DNA of 25,199 nt from PVC group bacterium (GCA_043804695.1 JAZDIV010000011.1:1-25199); one strand, 5' to 3'; counted from the first letter of the stretch, positions 1 through 7,847 are shown. Notes: generated from the sequence alone by a model not told the origin. Program-made: numbers and translations.

Positions 1-1824
1 CTGGTCTCTGAAGGGGCCGGCTCTCAGGTGAGAGCCATACCATTGATACGCCCCCGGCACCGGGATATCGCCGCCTTTTCCGTAATAGAAACGTGTCCGC
101 CCCCGGATCGCCCACAGACCAACCGCAGAATCGATAACCGACGAAGGGCGAAAAACCGCCGCCTCATCGGTGCCGTCCCCGTCGTAATCCGCTGGAACCG
201 GCAAGTCGAACTGCCGCCCGAAACTGAACCGGGTGACACCCTTCTCGTACCAGTTTCCCCGGAAGCCTCTGAACACGGCAATATCACAACATCCATCCCC
301 ATCGTAATCTCCGGGAACCGGGGTATCATGCCAGGCGCCGTAATAGGTGCGGGATACGCCTTTTATCGCCCAGAGACCGGTATCTCGGCGGTAGATTGCC
401 ACGTCCGCGTAGCCGTCACCGTCGTAGTCCCCGTTCGCCGGGATATCCAACGAACCGTCCCCGAAATAAACCCGTCCTAGGTCTTTAACCGCCCAGAGGC
501 CGGTCCCCGGCCGGAAGACGGCGATGTTCGGTTTCCCGGTGCCGTCGTAATCGCCGCCGTCAAGACGCGGTTGCCGGGGGAACAGGCCCTCGGCGAGATT
601 GTTATAGAGGAAACCCCCGCTGTAGGGCTGCCCCCTGAGATTACCGTTCAAGAGGACGATGATGGTCGTATCCCAGGCCGGGAGGTAGAACATCGCGCTG
701 TTGTACCCGACGAAGATTTCCCCGTCATGCCCCACCCCTCTCGCGATATACATGACCCCCAGTCCATACGCCCCGAGAGCGGAAGCGGCCGTCAGGGTCA
801 ATTGCTCCCGGTGCGAGGATTCGCTCAGCAGCGTTCCGTGGACCAGGGCGTCGCACCAGGTTTCCAGATCGTCCAGGGTGGAGATCATGGCCCCGCTGCC
901 GAAATCCTGGGATGGGTCGTAGCCGGTGCCGTCTATCCCTTCGGTATAACCGCTCCACCCGGGGCATACCGGGTCCGTCTGCTGGGCGTACAGGGCGGCG
1001 GGGACCCAGTAGGAGTGCATCGGCTGTTCGGGCATGACGGAGTCGCTCGGGTAATAGGTGTGATCCAGGCCCAGCGGACGGAGGATCCTGGTGGTGATCT
1101 CTTCGCCGAGGTACGTCCCCGTCACTTCCGAATGGGTCAACCATTCCACGATCATCCCCAGCAGCACGTAATTGGTATTGGAATAAGCCCATCCTTCTCC
1201 CGGGGGAAAATAGGGTCCGGTGGCGACCGCCATGTCGATCATCTCCTGGGGGGTGTAGGTCAGCAGGGGGGCGGCGGCCGGGGCAACCGAGCAGAGTTTA
1301 TCCCGCGCCGCCGTACTATCGGCCCAGTCGCTCAACCCACTCGTATGGTTCAGGAGCCGACAAACGCTGATCGCGGAGGCGCCGGGCACAGTGAATCCTC
1401 CGTTCCCGAACATGTCCAGCGTGTCGGCCAGGCTCAGCAACCCCTCGTCGACCAGCTGGAGCACGGCCGTGGCGGTGAAGGTCTTGGAGATGCTGGCGAT
1501 ACGGAACGTGTCTGTCACGCTGACGGGACGCTGGGTCTGCATGTCGGCGGTCCCCCTCGTCCAGGTCCCTTCCCAGTAAGGTGTCGAGATCCGGATGACG
1601 ACTCCCGGGGTGCCCGTATCCGTGAGTTGATCGAGCCACCCCTCCACGGTCTCCTCCACGATCGCCGGAACGGCCTGCCGGGGATGGCCCGGAGCGCCTT
1701 TTCCTCTGCCCGGCGGGTTATCGGCGCACTCGCCCGGCGGAGGCAGGGCGGCAACGGTAAGGAGGGCGACGACAAGCAGTTTCCGGGCGAGACCGGGACC
1801 GGCGATGCGGCAATGAATAATCAT
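1..1824 (-). CDS. Exported serine hydrolase (beta-lactamase/penicillin-binding-protein family) with C-terminal FG-GAP-like repeat module; 3' end runs off the window
   Basis: Manual translation from ATG 1824 (SD-like GAGG upstream): hydrophobic N-terminus (RKLLVVALLTVAALP), FRIASISKTF (SxxK), LLNHTSG, AYSNTNY (YxN), WGHDG, then repeats of the GDYDGxG..IAVFRP..GLWA type from 555 to position 1. Probably absent from the ORF track because no stop lies in the window. Confidence 0.92.
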   Translation of the reverse strand, partial: MIIHCRIAGPGLARKLLVVALLTVAALPPPGECADNPPGRGKGAPGHPRQAVPAIVEETVEGWLDQLTDTGTPGVVIRISTPYWEGTWTRGTADMQTQRPVSVTDTFRIASISKTFTATAVLQLVDEGLLSLADTLDMFGNGGFTVPGASAISVCRLLNHTSGLSDWADSTAARDKLCSVAPAAAPLLTYTPQEMIDMAVATGPYFPPGEGWAYSNTNYVLLGMIVEWLTHSEVTGTYLGEEITTRILRPLGLDHTYYPSDSVMPEQPMHSYWVPAALYAQQTDPVCPGWSGYTEGIDGTGYDPSQDFGSGAMISTLDDLETWCDALVHGTLLSESSHREQLTLTAASALGAYGLGVMYIARGVGHDGEIFVGYNSAMFYLPAWDTTIIVLLNGNLRGQPYSGGFLYNNLAEGLFPRQPRLDGGDYDGTGKPNIAVFRPGTGLWAVKDLGRVYFGDGSLDIPANGDYDGDGYADVAIYRRDTGLWAIKGVSRTYYGAWHDTPVPGDYDGDGCCDIAVFRGFRGNWYEKGVTRFSFGRQFDLPVPADYDGDGTDEAAVFRPSSVIDSAVGLWAIRGRTRFYYGKGGDIPVPGAYQWYGSHLRAGPFRDQ

Positions 1825-1947
1825 TGTCAAACCCCTCACGGGGAGGACAAGCTCAACTATTGGTTAGAATCCGCTTACAGGTCAAGGATTGTATCGCCAT
1901 ATCTCCGGGAAGGCAATAAAAACTCTTCGGGCTGGAAAATGGTTGGG

Positions 1948-2195
1948 GAATAGAGAATGGGGAATGGGGAATCGGGAATGGAAAAAGATGAACATCGAAC
2001 GGGGAAGCGCATAGAGCAGAGGGCCACGGAAAAAATGAACGTTCAACGTTCAACGCTCAACGTCGAACGCATCCCCCCTCACCCGGCTGGAAAAACTGAA
2101 CGTCCAACTTCGAACATCGAACGACAAGCGCATAGAGCAAAGAGTCCGGGGGGGCAGTGATCGGTGGGCGGGGAAAAACTGAACATCGAACGTCG
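1948..2195. repeat. Patches of short (7-nt period) tandem repeats in a divergent intergenic region
   Basis: GAATAGA-GAATGGG-GAATGGG-GAATCGG-GAATGGA (1948-1982); AACGTTC-AACGTTC-AACGCTC-AACGTCG (2038-2065); four blocks beginning with an A-run plus TGAAC; AAGCGCATAGAGCA occurs twice. Confidence 0.8.
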
Positions 2196-2309
2196 TGGAG
2201 GATGAGGAAAAGACTGGTGACGACTTTATTTTATTGCAGAGATATCTCTTTATCATTTATACTATTTTTGCCAGTGAACTGTGAACCGTCTGAAACAGGG
2301 AGGTATGCC

Positions 2310-4028
2310 GTGAGGAAAGTCGATCGTTTCAAATCCAGGATAACCTTTCATCTGGTCTTGATCCTGCTGGCCGGGAGTGCCGGGGCTTTCGCTTTGCTCC
2401 CGCCGGCCGCCGGAGGCGAATTTAACTGGACCCCGCAGGGGAGCGGAACGATCCAACATCTTTGCGGTGTTGCTGCCGTTGACGCCGCCACCGGCTGGGT
2501 TGTCGGGAGTGACGGAACCATCCTCCACACCACCGATGGCGGTACCACCTGGAACCCACAGACAAGCGGAACCACCAGCTGGCTCCGCGATATCTCCGCC
2601 GCCGATTCCTCCTCTGCCCGGGCGGTCGGTGCGGATGGGATCGTTCTGGTAACGACCAACGGGGGAGTGACATGGTCCGTCCAATCGAGCGGGACATCGT
2701 TCCAGCTCAACCGTGTCTCCTGTGCCGATCCGGATACCGCCTGGGCGGTCGGATACTCGGGGACCATCGTCCATACCACCGACGGCGTCAACTGGTGCCC
2801 CCAGTCGAGTACAACCGGCAACGGCCTCAGCGGGGTCTCCGCCGCCACAGCAGATAACGCCTGGGCGGTGGGAAACGCGGGCACAGTCCTTTATACGGAC
2901 AACGGGGGAGCGGCCTGGAATATACAGACGCAGGGGGAGTTCACCACCCTGATCGGCGTTGACGCCGTCAGCACCAGCATCGCCTGGGCGGCCGGTCATT
3001 CCGGGACCATCATTCATACCACCGACGGGGGGGTCAACTGGTCGCCGCAATCCGGCGAGCCATCGGAACACTACCGGGGGATCAGCGCCGCCGATGCCTT
3101 GACCGCCCGGGTCGTTGGGGAGGCAGGGGTCATCCGCTCCACCAGTGACGGGGGCGTTACCTGGAACCCGGAATCGAGCGAAACAACCGAAACTCTTAAT
3201 GATATCGCCGGCGGCGATAGCGACACCGCCTGGGCGGTCGGGGACAACGGGACCATCATCCGCGGGTCCCTGGGTACTGTCCCGATCCGGGTAATCGAAT
3301 CCGGCGACTACGACGGAGACGGGACCTCCGATATCGGGATCTTCCGGGGATCCTCGGGCCTCTGGGCGATACGGGGGGTGACCCGGGTTTATTTCGGAAT
3401 GTCTACCGACACCCCGGTTTCGGGCGACTACCGCGGGGACGGGACCTCCAGTATCTCGATCTTCCGGCCTTCCTCGGGGCTCTGGGCGGTCAGAGGGGTG
3501 ACCCGGATTTACTTCGGTTCATCATCGGACCAGCCGGTCCCGGCCGACTACAGCGGAAACGGCAGCGCCGATATCTCGATCTTCCGGCCCTCCTCGGGTC
3601 TGTGGGCGATCAGAGGGGTGACCCGGGCTTACTTCGGTTCCTCCTCCGACCAGCCGGTTCCGGCCGACTACAGCGGAAACGGCAGCGCCGCACCGGGTAT
3701 CTTCCGTGAGAACGCGGGACTCTGGGCGATCCGGGGTGTCACCCGGGCGTATTTCGGGACCGGCTCCGACAATCCGGTTCCGGGTGACTACGACGGAAAC
3801 GGGACTTTTGAAATCGGTATCTTCCGCCCCTCCACCGGGACCTGGGCGATCCGGGGGGTGACGCGGGCTTACTTCGGATCCTCCTCCGACCAACCGGTTG
3901 CGGCCGATTACAACGGGGATCTGCGTGACGATATCGCCATTTTCCGCCAGGGCGCCGGACTCTGGGCGATCCGGGGCCTCAGCCGGGTTTATTTCGGCTC
4001 CAGCGGAGACGAGCCGGTAACGAGATAA
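2310..4028 (+). CDS. Exported YCF48-like/BNR (Asp-box) beta-propeller protein with six C-terminal FG-GAP-like repeats
   Basis: GTG 2310 preceded by GGAGGT; signal peptide; about seven ~41-aa repeats of the type AWAVGxxGTIxHTTDGGxTW; six 40-aa repeats from 3303 ending DEPVTR-stop. Confidence 0.9.
   Translation: MRKVDRFKSRITFHLVLILLAGSAGAFALLPPAAGGEFNWTPQGSGTIQHLCGVAAVDAATGWVVGSDGTILHTTDGGTTWNPQTSGTTSWLRDISAADSSSARAVGADGIVLVTTNGGVTWSVQSSGTSFQLNRVSCADPDTAWAVGYSGTIVHTTDGVNWCPQSSTTGNGLSGVSAATADNAWAVGNAGTVLYTDNGGAAWNIQTQGEFTTLIGVDAVSTSIAWAAGHSGTIIHTTDGGVNWSPQSGEPSEHYRGISAADALTARVVGEAGVIRSTSDGGVTWNPESSETTETLNDIAGGDSDTAWAVGDNGTIIRGSLGTVPIRVIESGDYDGDGTSDIGIFRGSSGLWAIRGVTRVYFGMSTDTPVSGDYRGDGTSSISIFRPSSGLWAVRGVTRIYFGSSSDQPVPADYSGNGSADISIFRPSSGLWAIRGVTRAYFGSSSDQPVPADYSGNGSAAPGIFRENAGLWAIRGVTRAYFGTGSDNPVPGDYDGNGTFEIGIFRPSTGTWAIRGVTRAYFGSSSDQPVAADYNGDLRDDIAIFRQGAGLWAIRGLSRVYFGSSGDEPVTR
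3303..4025 (+). repeat. Six in-frame 120-nt coding repeats (GDYxGxG..DIxIFRxSSGLWAIRGVTRxYFGxxxDxPV)
   Basis: Direct reading of protein and DNA periodicity. Confidence 0.95.
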
Positions 4029-4111
4029 GCGGCCCCGATGCGTCGTGATCATCGATGCATGGGCGCGGAGAGCGCCCGGGGCGGCGCTGACACCGTGAAA
4101 GAGGGCCGCGG

Positions 4112-5857
4112 TCAGCGGGTAACGGGGATGTCCCAGCTGGTTCCGTGATAGACCCGGGTTACCCCGGGCACCGCCCAGAGGCCGGAGCCGGCCCGGAAGA
4201 CCGCCGTGTCGTCCCGGCCGTCACCGTCGTAATCCGCCGGCACCGGCAGATCGACGGCGCGCCCGAAATACTTCCGGGTCATTCCCCTGACAGTCCACAA
4301 CCCGTCGAAAGAGAAGACCGACACGGAGCCGAAGACCGCGGGGTCTCCGGTCCCGTCCCCGTCGTAATCGGCGGGAAGCGGGGTATCGGAGACGATGCCG
4401 AAATAGAACCGGCTGAGATCTTTCACCGCCCAGAGCCCGGCGGCGCCCCGGAAGATCCCGATCTCGGAGCTCCCGTCCCCGTCATAATCGCCGGGGACCG
4501 GGACGTCGCCTCCGGCCCCGAAGTACACCCGGGAGACCCCCTTCACCGCCCAGAGGCTTGTCGACTCCCTGAAGACGGCGATGTCGCAGGAGCCGTCCCC
4601 GTCGTAGTCCGCGGGAACCGGGCGGCTGGAAGCGCCGCCGAAGTACTCCCGGGTACGGTCCCGGATCGCCCAGAGGCCCGGTCCACCCCGGTAGATGCCG
4701 ATATCGGCGGTCCCGTCACCGTCGTAGTCGCCGGGGACGGGAAGATCGTCGGCGCCGCCGAAGTACACCCGGGTGATCCCCCGGACCGCCCAGAGGCCGC
4801 AGCGGCTCCGGAAGACGGCGATCTCGGATGTCCCGTCGCCGTTATAATCCCCGGAGGCAAGCCGCAGGCGGGACGGGTCGGGCTTGAAATAGCCGGAAAC
4901 CTCCCCGGTCAGATCGGCATAGAGGTCGAGGACGGTGACCGGGTTCCCTTCCGTAACGTCCAGCGCGCCCACATCCAGGTACCGGAGATCGGGGAGATAG
5001 AAGGAGTACCAGTTATAGTTCAGGTCCGTGTGGCCGCGGAAGGCGGTCCAGACGGTATGGCTGACGCCGGGGACCAAGGGCTTGGCGACGTTCCGGATGA
5101 TGGCCCGGGCGCCGGCAAACGCCTCGCCGGCGGTCTGCGGAACGGGGAGGGTCTGGAGATACCAGGAGGCGCGCACGAACCGCGACTCCGCGGCGGTGTC
5201 GCCCGGGAGGGGGAGGTCGCCGCCGAACCCCTGGTAGTTTGCCAGGTTGGCCAGCTGATCGGGATAGGGGGGCTCGTTGGTCATCACCCCGTTGTACTCC
5301 GGCGGACGGTAGATCTTCAGCTCCCCGTCCACGCATTCCAGAACGGCCGAGTCGCCGGAAGGATCATGGAGGACCAGGTGCTGGGGAACAACGCCGCCCG
5401 CCCGGACCGTGGGGGCCAGGGCTACCGCCTCGGCCACGTCCCGGCAGTTATCGAGAAAATAGAGCATCCACGCGTCATCACTGACAAACGGCCGCGGGTC
5501 GGGGCCGGGATACCGGGTCCCCACCATCATCAGCAACCCGCCCGAGAGGCCATGCTCGTTCATCCCGTCCAGCGCGACATAGATGCCGAAGGTAAACATC
5601 CGGGAAGTAACGGTGCCGTATCGCGAACGCCAGGAAGCGGGATTATCACCGGGCTGGTAGGGCGCCGCCTTCCGAAACGTGCCCCGGGGGCTGATCGTGA
5701 TCAGGGTGGGGTTATCGGTCGCCCAGTCCAGGTTCCGGGCCGACACCTTCGGGGCGCCTCCGGAGACGAAAATATCGGAACACGCTTCCGCCCTCCCGGC
5801 TCCGACGGCCAGCACCAGCGCCGCCGCGACGGGCAGTGATTGTTTCAGGTTCTTCAT
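4112..5857 (-). CDS. Exported linear amide C-N hydrolase (choloylglycine hydrolase/penicillin V acylase family, Ntn hydrolase) with six C-terminal FG-GAP-like repeats
   Basis: Signal peptide ending AEA directly before Cys (CSDIF); ARNLDW, DGMNEHGL, MTNEP, LPGD..ESRFVRA motifs; repeats 4852-4115 ending DIPVTR-stop. Confidence 0.92.
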   Translation of the reverse strand: MKNLKQSLPVAAALVLAVGAGRAEACSDIFVSGGAPKVSARNLDWATDNPTLITISPRGTFRKAAPYQPGDNPASWRSRYGTVTSRMFTFGIYVALDGMNEHGLSGGLLMMVGTRYPGPDPRPFVSDDAWMLYFLDNCRDVAEAVALAPTVRAGGVVPQHLVLHDPSGDSAVLECVDGELKIYRPPEYNGVMTNEPPYPDQLANLANYQGFGGDLPLPGDTAAESRFVRASWYLQTLPVPQTAGEAFAGARAIIRNVAKPLVPGVSHTVWTAFRGHTDLNYNWYSFYLPDLRYLDVGALDVTEGNPVTVLDLYADLTGEVSGYFKPDPSRLRLASGDYNGDGTSEIAVFRSRCGLWAVRGITRVYFGGADDLPVPGDYDGDGTADIGIYRGGPGLWAIRDRTREYFGGASSRPVPADYDGDGSCDIAVFRESTSLWAVKGVSRVYFGAGGDVPVPGDYDGDGSSEIGIFRGAAGLWAVKDLSRFYFGIVSDTPLPADYDGDGTGDPAVFGSVSVFSFDGLWTVRGMTRKYFGRAVDLPVPADYDGDGRDDTAVFRAGSGLWAVPGVTRVYHGTSWDIPVTR

Positions 5858-5935
5858 TCAGCAACCCTCTTTACCGATGCCGATGAACGCGTCATGAAGT
5901 TTCCCGTATTCGTTATTAACATTTACTATTCTCAT
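5858..5935 (-). CDS. 25-aa small ORF (MRIVNVNNEYGKLHDAFIGIGKEGC); leader peptide or gene remnant
   Basis: Strong SD AAGGAGGAG just upstream of ATG 5935; TGA (5860-5858) directly abuts the hydrolase ATG at 5857. Confidence 0.45.
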   Translation of the reverse strand: MRIVNVNNEYGKLHDAFIGIGKEGC

Positions 5936-6002
5936 GGCTCCTCCTTTTTTTGCATAAGGACGGTTTTGATTTTTTAACTTATTCCCAGTGGGAATGAGGA
6001 AT

Positions 6003-6044
6003 TAAAGTTTAAAGTGCCTAAAGTGCGCTAAAGTGCCTAAAGTT
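6003..6044. repeat. Five TAAAGT-core tandem repeats (7-10 nt period)
   Basis: TAAAGTT TAAAGTGCC TAAAGTGCGC TAAAGTGCC TAAAGTT. Confidence 0.85.
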
Positions 6045-6048
6045 GGCC

Positions 6049-6323
6049 ACCCTCACCCGGGCGCCTTCGCTCTGCGAGCTATACCCTATTCGAAAAGCGT
6101 ATCCCTTTGAGACAAAACTAATTAAAACCACGGAGGACACAGAGAACACGGAGAATTTTAAAAAAATGTGCAAAATCTATTCATTTATCTATTTTTTCTC
6201 CGTGTTCTCCGTGATCTCCGTGGTAAAATTCAAGCCATCTTCGAGAATAAGCCGCTTAAAATACCTTTTCGAGTAAGGTAGAGCTATGGCGCCCACCCTC
6301 TCCCCCCAAAAGGTGGAGAGGGT
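6049..6323. repeat. REP-like palindromic element (CCCTCACCC...ACCCTCTCC/GGAGAGGGT) split by an insertion
   Basis: Removing 6082-6286 restores the hairpin GGGCGCC-TTCGCTC-TGC-GAGCTAT-GGCGCCC, followed by a perfect 9-bp stem 6295-6303/6315-6323. Confidence 0.7.
6082..6280. mobile_element. 199-bp non-autonomous MITE-like insertion
   Basis: Imperfect terminal inverted repeats TACCCTATTCGAAAAG / CTTTTCGAGTAAGGTA, flanked by direct repeat GAGCTA (6076-6081 and 6281-6286). Internal 28-bp inverted repeat 6127-6154/6197-6224 (25/28 match, 9-nt period). No convincing gene inside. Confidence 0.75.
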
Positions 6324-6356
6324 ACCAAGCTGAACTTCGTCAAAAAGGATCAAACT

Positions 6357-6388
6357 GAGATTGCTTCGGCCTCCGGCCTCGCAATGAC
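6357..6388. repeat. REP-like palindromic half-unit GAGATTGCTTCG...CTCGCAATGAC
   Basis: Same motif family as the paired units at 25073-25176; lies where the nucleotidyltransferase frame loses family-like sequence. Confidence 0.8.
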
Positions 6389-6389
6389 C

Positions 6390-6803
6390 TTCGGTTTGAG
6401 GGACGGTGTTTCTTCCCCCCTGGCCGTACTTCCGAAGAGGACTCCGGAAATGCACTTTCCTTCCATGATCCGGGCCAGATCATCCCGCATCAGGCTGAAC
6501 TGCTTCTGCTCCGCTTCCAGCATAGGCAAAATCACACTCTGGACCAGGCTGCTATCCCGATTGAGGCGAAAGAGCTGATTTTTACCGGGCACCCAACCGC
6601 TGGACAACTCTCCTGGATTCAAGGCGAACAAGCGCATCGGCACAGGTCTGGTGATTGATCCCCGCCCTTCGGGCCACCTCACGCCCACTCAGGCCTTCTT
6701 TTACATTTTTCAGAGCGCGCAGAATAGCAATATGACTGGGCGCTGAAAGAACAATGTCAAGAGGCCTTGAAATGATATGATTTCTTTTCTTCATAGAAAT
6801 CAC
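6390..6803 (-). pseudogene. wHTH + minimal nucleotidyltransferase (MNT antitoxin-like) gene, frameshifted and 3'-truncated
   Basis: HTH part (LSGREVARRAGINHQTCADALVRL) stops at 6582. Deleting one base of the GGG run at 6587-6589 joins it to GKNQLFRLNR...GVLFGSTARGEETP. The catalytic DxD expected after GS is missing. Confidence 0.75.
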
Positions 6804-6809
6804 TCGTTG

Positions 6810-7829
6810 TTAATCGGAAACTTTCGCATAACCCCATGATTTATCTCCAAGCTGCAGTTGCTCCGATTGATTCGGTGCTTGAGCGACGGATAACAGCAAT
6901 GTTCGCATTGGAGATATCCATGGTTTTTCTGGAAAAGGTATCGCCCCTTTCTTCAATAACTGACTATTTCCCTTCGGTATATTCCCATTTACTCGAACAA
7001 AAATAGGGATACCTCCATCTCTGCGAAGTTCCTCGATCGCCCCGGCCCAGGTTCCGCCTGTATTGTATGAAGAACTCACAACGAGACCAAATTCCGCAAA
7101 AGCATAGATATACTTATTCCGACCCATTGCGTTGCCAATGGTAAACCGTGCCTCCGGCTGATAGGGGGACACAAGAACAAGGCGTTTGTCTCGCAATGCC
7201 TGACGGTATTTACCGGCTACAGCGGCTTTCTGTAATCCGTCCGAAAGCACCCCGACGACTGTCCCCCTTTCCTGTAACGCGGAGATCATTGCTTCCTGAT
7301 CGACACCGCGAGCACCCCCGGAAACAATCTGCATGTCATCGCGCGCGGCGGCCCTGGCCACCGCGGAAGTAAATTCTTTAGCTTCAGTATCAAAATTTCG
7401 TGATCCCACAATGGCAAGACCGCCTTTGGAGAGGAGTTCGTGATTTCCTGCCCCGAAAAGGATCGGCGGTGCGGATTGCTTGAGCCGATCGAGCAGAATC
7501 TTCGGATAATTTGCATCGCTCCGGCTTAATATCCATAATCCCTTGTTAAGCCATTTCTCCATGGCTAACGCCAGAGTCGCCCCCCTTTCAAGCAATGTTT
7601 TAACCCGTGCAAGATCGAGCTGTAAATCCGCTGCTTTCTGTAACCGTTCACGACCGACAGGTGTGACCAGATCTCCCGGCCTCATCTCGTTTTCTTTAAG
7701 CCACCTGACAAGAATATTGTATTCTCTTGTGGTCAGTGGATCGGGCAAACCGTTCCCTGACTTTTTCCCGAATCGGCCGCAGAGAAGCAGGATAACCTTG
7801 GAATCTTCGGTTAGCTGTTGAATATTCAA
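6810..7829 (-). CDS. DprA/Smf-family Rossmann-fold protein, RqlI-like
   Basis: YPKILLDRLKQSAPPILFGAG, LAIVGSR, IVSGGARGVD, AMGRNKYIY, GGTWAGA; TTG start with GAGG SD; 18 bp downstream of the helicase stop. Confidence 0.92.
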   Translation of the reverse strand: MNIQQLTEDSKVILLLCGRFGKKSGNGLPDPLTTREYNILVRWLKENEMRPGDLVTPVGRERLQKAADLQLDLARVKTLLERGATLALAMEKWLNKGLWILSRSDANYPKILLDRLKQSAPPILFGAGNHELLSKGGLAIVGSRNFDTEAKEFTSAVARAAARDDMQIVSGGARGVDQEAMISALQERGTVVGVLSDGLQKAAVAGKYRQALRDKRLVLVSPYQPEARFTIGNAMGRNKYIYAFAEFGLVVSSSYNTGGTWAGAIEELRRDGGIPIFVRVNGNIPKGNSQLLKKGAIPFPEKPWISPMRTLLLSVAQAPNQSEQLQLGDKSWGYAKVSD

Positions 7830-7847
7830 ATTATCGCCTCGAACTGT

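Noticed and set aside
571..1953. 460-aa plus-strand ORF
   Set aside because: Antisense shadow of the motif-bearing serine hydrolase on the minus strand.
1986..2195. GAAC motifs as LexA (SOS) boxes
   Set aside because: Spacing matches neither GAAC-N4-GTTC nor GAAC-N7-GAAC; heptamer periodicity explains them.
4085..4100. CTGA...GAAA as a hammerhead ribozyme core
   Set aside because: Lacks CUGANGA and a proper stem II.
3303..4852. Regular 120-nt repeats as a CRISPR array or DGR TR/VR pair
   Set aside because: They are in-frame coding repeats without unique spacers; differences are not adenine-specific, and no cas or reverse transcriptase gene is in the window.
4145..5839. 564-aa plus-strand ORF (likewise 2262-3071, 10830-11597, 15331-16605, 18626-19720)
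   Set aside because: Antisense shadows of real genes in GC-rich DNA; no recognisable motifs.
6043..6455. Short ORFs 6043-6276 and 6189-6455
   Set aside because: They are translations of the repeat elements (TTEDTENTE, SVFSVISVV), not credible proteins.
6810..7829. Competence dprA with housekeeping recQ
   Set aside because: Domain architecture, tight pairing and island context fit the RqlH/RqlI type instead.
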